From Rhodothermales bacterium (GTDB lineage: Bacteria; Bacteroidota; Rhodothermia; Rhodothermales; Bin80): a stretch of DNA of 64,000 nt. Numbering within the stretch: position 1 is the first letter of the stretch; each line of letters opens with the position of its first letter. The notes beneath the pieces are model-generated. The model did not search any database and was not told where the DNA came from. It saw only the letters and a program-made list of their open reading frames with translations. The position numbers were made by a program, and so were the translations under genes. Of this stretch, positions 61,630 through 64,000 are shown one piece after another. Location of the stretch: positions 641,205 through 705,204 of the forward strand of contig CBDBLZ010000021.1 in the NCBI GenBank assembly GCA_965207385.1, given 5' to 3'.

Positions 61630-64000
61630 CTAATAGTCGGCTTGAGTCCGCTGGCCTACCAGAAACACCGCGTTGGCCAGCATCAGTCGCCCGCCATACC
61701 AGAATCCCCGGAAAACGGGGTTATCCAGCAGATACACCACCTCGCCGCGTCCAATCGCTTCCATACCAAACACAAGAGAATTCTCCATCGGGCGGACGGC
61801 CTTGGCACCGGCAAAGCCACTCAAGCGAGAATCTTCCTGCAGCACGCCCACATTCCAGCCGTCCTGCAGGTATTCAAAGGCCTGTTCATCACGCTTGAGC
61901 GTGAAATAGTCCTGTGCGTATCCGAATGCCAACGGGTGCGTTACATCGAGCGATACACGGAAGATGGCCCCCGGAATGTCGCTGGAGATGGCCTCACGGT
62001 CACGCGAGGCGTACGTGCGAACGGTAACCGTCGTGTCTTCTGACCCAGCCCTTTCCTCAAGTGAAAACCCCGTTCTGCCCGACAGATACCGGGCCGCGCC
62101 TTCGAGGGCGATGAGCTTGCCGCCCGCCTGGATCCAGTCGCCAACGTCGGAGAGGCTTTCCTCAGTGAGCAGGTCTCCGTACGATCCGTCGGGCAAGATC
62201 AGAACGTCATACCCGTACAGATGCAGGGAGGCAAAATCATCTGCGTGTATGAGCGTTACCGGATAAGCGAGCTGCCTGTCAAAGAAATGCCAAAGCTCTC
62301 CCAGAGAAGCGGAGCGCGCTGCGCCGTCGGCGACAATGCCAACGCGGGGCCGCCGTATGGGCGGTACATCGGCAGAACCGAAGTCAACGCCCTCGGTCAC
62401 CATGGTTGATTCCACGGCAAAGAGGGGCTGTCCCAGCTCCGCAGCGGTCTGGCGGACAATCTGATCAAAGTCTTCCCCCGCTGCGGCATTGCCGCCGCGC
62501 GTTATGATCAGCGTGCCCGGGCCGTAAGAGCGTCCTGCTATGCTGAATGGCTCTTCCGAAAAACGCACGCGCACACCAGCCTGCAGAAGGTCGGACAACA
62601 GGCGCGCATCCTCAAAACTGGCCCATTCGGCCAGGTAGGCCGCGGGCCGGTCCAATCCCGGAGCACTTGGCGGCGTCTGCATCCAGCCAGGGCTGATGCC
62701 GGGAGGCACTTCCTCTGCGCCGTAGGCTTCCAGGCCATAGACATAGGGCAGGGACCAGCCGGTAATGTCGTAGCTCAATGAGTCCGAGAGTACGGATTCC
62801 GGCTCGAACAGCACCTGTACGAGCACGCCAAGCGGCTGTGAAGCGCTGACAACCATGTCACCGGGAGCTACCGTGAAGCTGGTCTGCTCGCCGCTGGCAT
62901 AGGCGTAACCCTCTACCCTGCGCGATTCTGTAGCACTTCCGTACGCAATGCCCTGCAGGTCAAGATGCCTTGCCAACGCTGCGAGCACGTCTCCGCCGCG
63001 AGGCTTGAGGACATAGGCTGCGAAGCGGCCAATTCTGCTAGGCTCGGCAAAATAGGTTGCGAATTCCTGAAGGATCCGCTCGCGCTGAACCGATGCCACC
63101 TCAATTGTCGATAGCCCTGTGGCATGATGGTGGCGGATGCGGTCAGCAAGGGCAAGCGTGTCGGTCTCGGCCGTGATGATCTGCAAGCCGGCCCGGCCGG
63201 ATCCGCCCTGCTCGTACGTCATGCCTATGGCCCCGTTATACATGGGCCAGGTGTCTCCGTAGCCCGGATAAAACAGGTCATATACCTGGCGTGTGAAGTA
63301 CAGCCAGCCTTCCTGGTCAAAATACCGGGCGTGGTTGCGGCCAATTATGTGTTGCAGTTCGCGCTGCCAGGGCGTGATGGCCTGGTGATAGGGCTCCGCT
63401 GCCGGCGCGAAATAATAGGGATCGTCGACACCCTGTTCATGAAAGTCCACATGGATGTGCGGCATCCAGCGCCGGAAGTGCTTCAGGCGCTGACGGGTTT
63501 CAAGCTGTGTGCCCCACGCCCAGTCCCGGTTCAGGTCAAAATAGTAATGGTTTGTGCGTCCGCCAGGCCACGGTTCGCGATGCTCTCGTGCCTCGGGACG
63601 CGGATTGGGTTCGCGTCCAACGGTCTGGTTGTAGAAAGCGACGTAACGGTCTCTTCCGTCCGGATTGAGGCACGGGTCCAGAAAGACGACCGTGTTTGAG
63701 AGCCAGCCTTGCGTGCGTGCATTGGTACTGTCGACCAGATCGTACAGGGTCTGCATAGCAGCTTCCGTGCTGACGGCTTCGTTGCCGTGCACGTTGTAGC
63801 TCAGCCAGACCAGGGAGGGACCGTCGCCATGGGGAGCACCGTCTGCCAGCCTCGCTCTTTGCAAATTGGCCAAGCGAATGGATTCCAGTACGGCCATGTT
63901 CGCGCGGCTGGATACCGTGGCATACAGCAGGGGACGGCCTTCATACGAATGCCCGTAAGAGACGAGTTCAACGTTTTCCGCGTTGTGGGCCACATGTTCG
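61630..64000 (-). CDS. M14 family zinc carboxypeptidase, large multidomain (5' end beyond right edge)
   Basis: YGHSYEGRPLLYATVS..NVHGNEAVSTEAA..DLNRDW..DFHEQG. The frame stays open to the window edge, so the N-terminus and signal peptide are missing. Confidence 0.8.
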   Translation of the reverse strand, partial: EHVAHNAENVELVSYGHSYEGRPLLYATVSSRANMAVLESIRLANLQRARLADGAPHGDGPSLVWLSYNVHGNEAVSTEAAMQTLYDLVDSTNARTQGWLSNTVVFLDPCLNPDGRDRYVAFYNQTVGREPNPRPEAREHREPWPGGRTNHYYFDLNRDWAWGTQLETRQRLKHFRRWMPHIHVDFHEQGVDDPYYFAPAAEPYHQAITPWQRELQHIIGRNHARYFDQEGWLYFTRQVYDLFYPGYGDTWPMYNGAIGMTYEQGGSGRAGLQIITAETDTLALADRIRHHHATGLSTIEVASVQRERILQEFATYFAEPSRIGRFAAYVLKPRGGDVLAALARHLDLQGIAYGSATESRRVEGYAYASGEQTSFTVAPGDMVVSASQPLGVLVQVLFEPESVLSDSLSYDITGWSLPYVYGLEAYGAEEVPPGISPGWMQTPPSAPGLDRPAAYLAEWASFEDARLLSDLLQAGVRVRFSEEPFSIAGRSYGPGTLIITRGGNAAAGEDFDQIVRQTAAELGQPLFAVESTMVTEGVDFGSADVPPIRRPRVGIVADGAARSASLGELWHFFDRQLAYPVTLIHADDFASLHLYGYDVLILPDGSYGDLLTEESLSDVGDWIQAGGKLIALEGAARYLSGRTGFSLEERAGSEDTTVTVRTYASRDREAISSDIPGAIFRVSLDVTHPLAFGYAQDYFTLKRDEQAFEYLQDGWNVGVLQEDSRLSGFAGAKAVRPMENSLVFGMEAIGRGEVVYLLDNPVFRGFWYGGRLMLANAVFLVGQRTQADY

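Overview
High-GC bacterial chromosome segment; single 60-nt lines I counted in core genes are about 62-63% G+C. Gene content suggests a Bacteroidota/Rhodothermota-like organism: bshA, an atpZ-atpI-atpBEFHAG operon without atpDC, a DUF1553/DUF1501 pair, and bactofilin next to an M23 peptidase. This taxon call is an inference only. Most of the window is housekeeping: pdxB (partial), bshA, folA, thyA, ribBA, yajC, priA, rarA, a lysC-lysA fusion, a TRAP transporter, photolyase, two tRNA-Ser genes, the F-type ATPase operon, gluQ, TolC and MlaC. No CRISPR array, transposase or integrase was seen. The stand-out is two visibly AT-richer islands (about 11.65-15.09 kb and 19.7-22.8 kb; sampled lines about 38% G+C) that flank the DUF1553/DUF1501 gene pair. 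Each island carries a paralogous cassette on the + strand. Each cassette has one or two signal-peptide-bearing cysteine-rich mini-proteins (6-8 Cys), then an exported 6-bladed beta-propeller (GxGPGE motif), then an N-terminally membrane-anchored thioredoxin-fold protein (CSFC in one copy, monothiol CAFA in the other). The peptide leader regions share collinear sequence blocks. I cannot assign this cassette to any characterised system and flag it as the best candidate for something new, possibly disulfide-rich peptide maturation, export or immunity. Secondary points: a MamK-like actin in an amidase-actin-folA operon; a ThuA-dehydrogenase-HEAT-azurin giant fusion; an orphan B12-binding radical SAM gene preceded by a coding-like but frame-broken stretch; a WYL regulator upstream of rarA; and an M23 peptidase split by a -1 frame change next to bactofilin.
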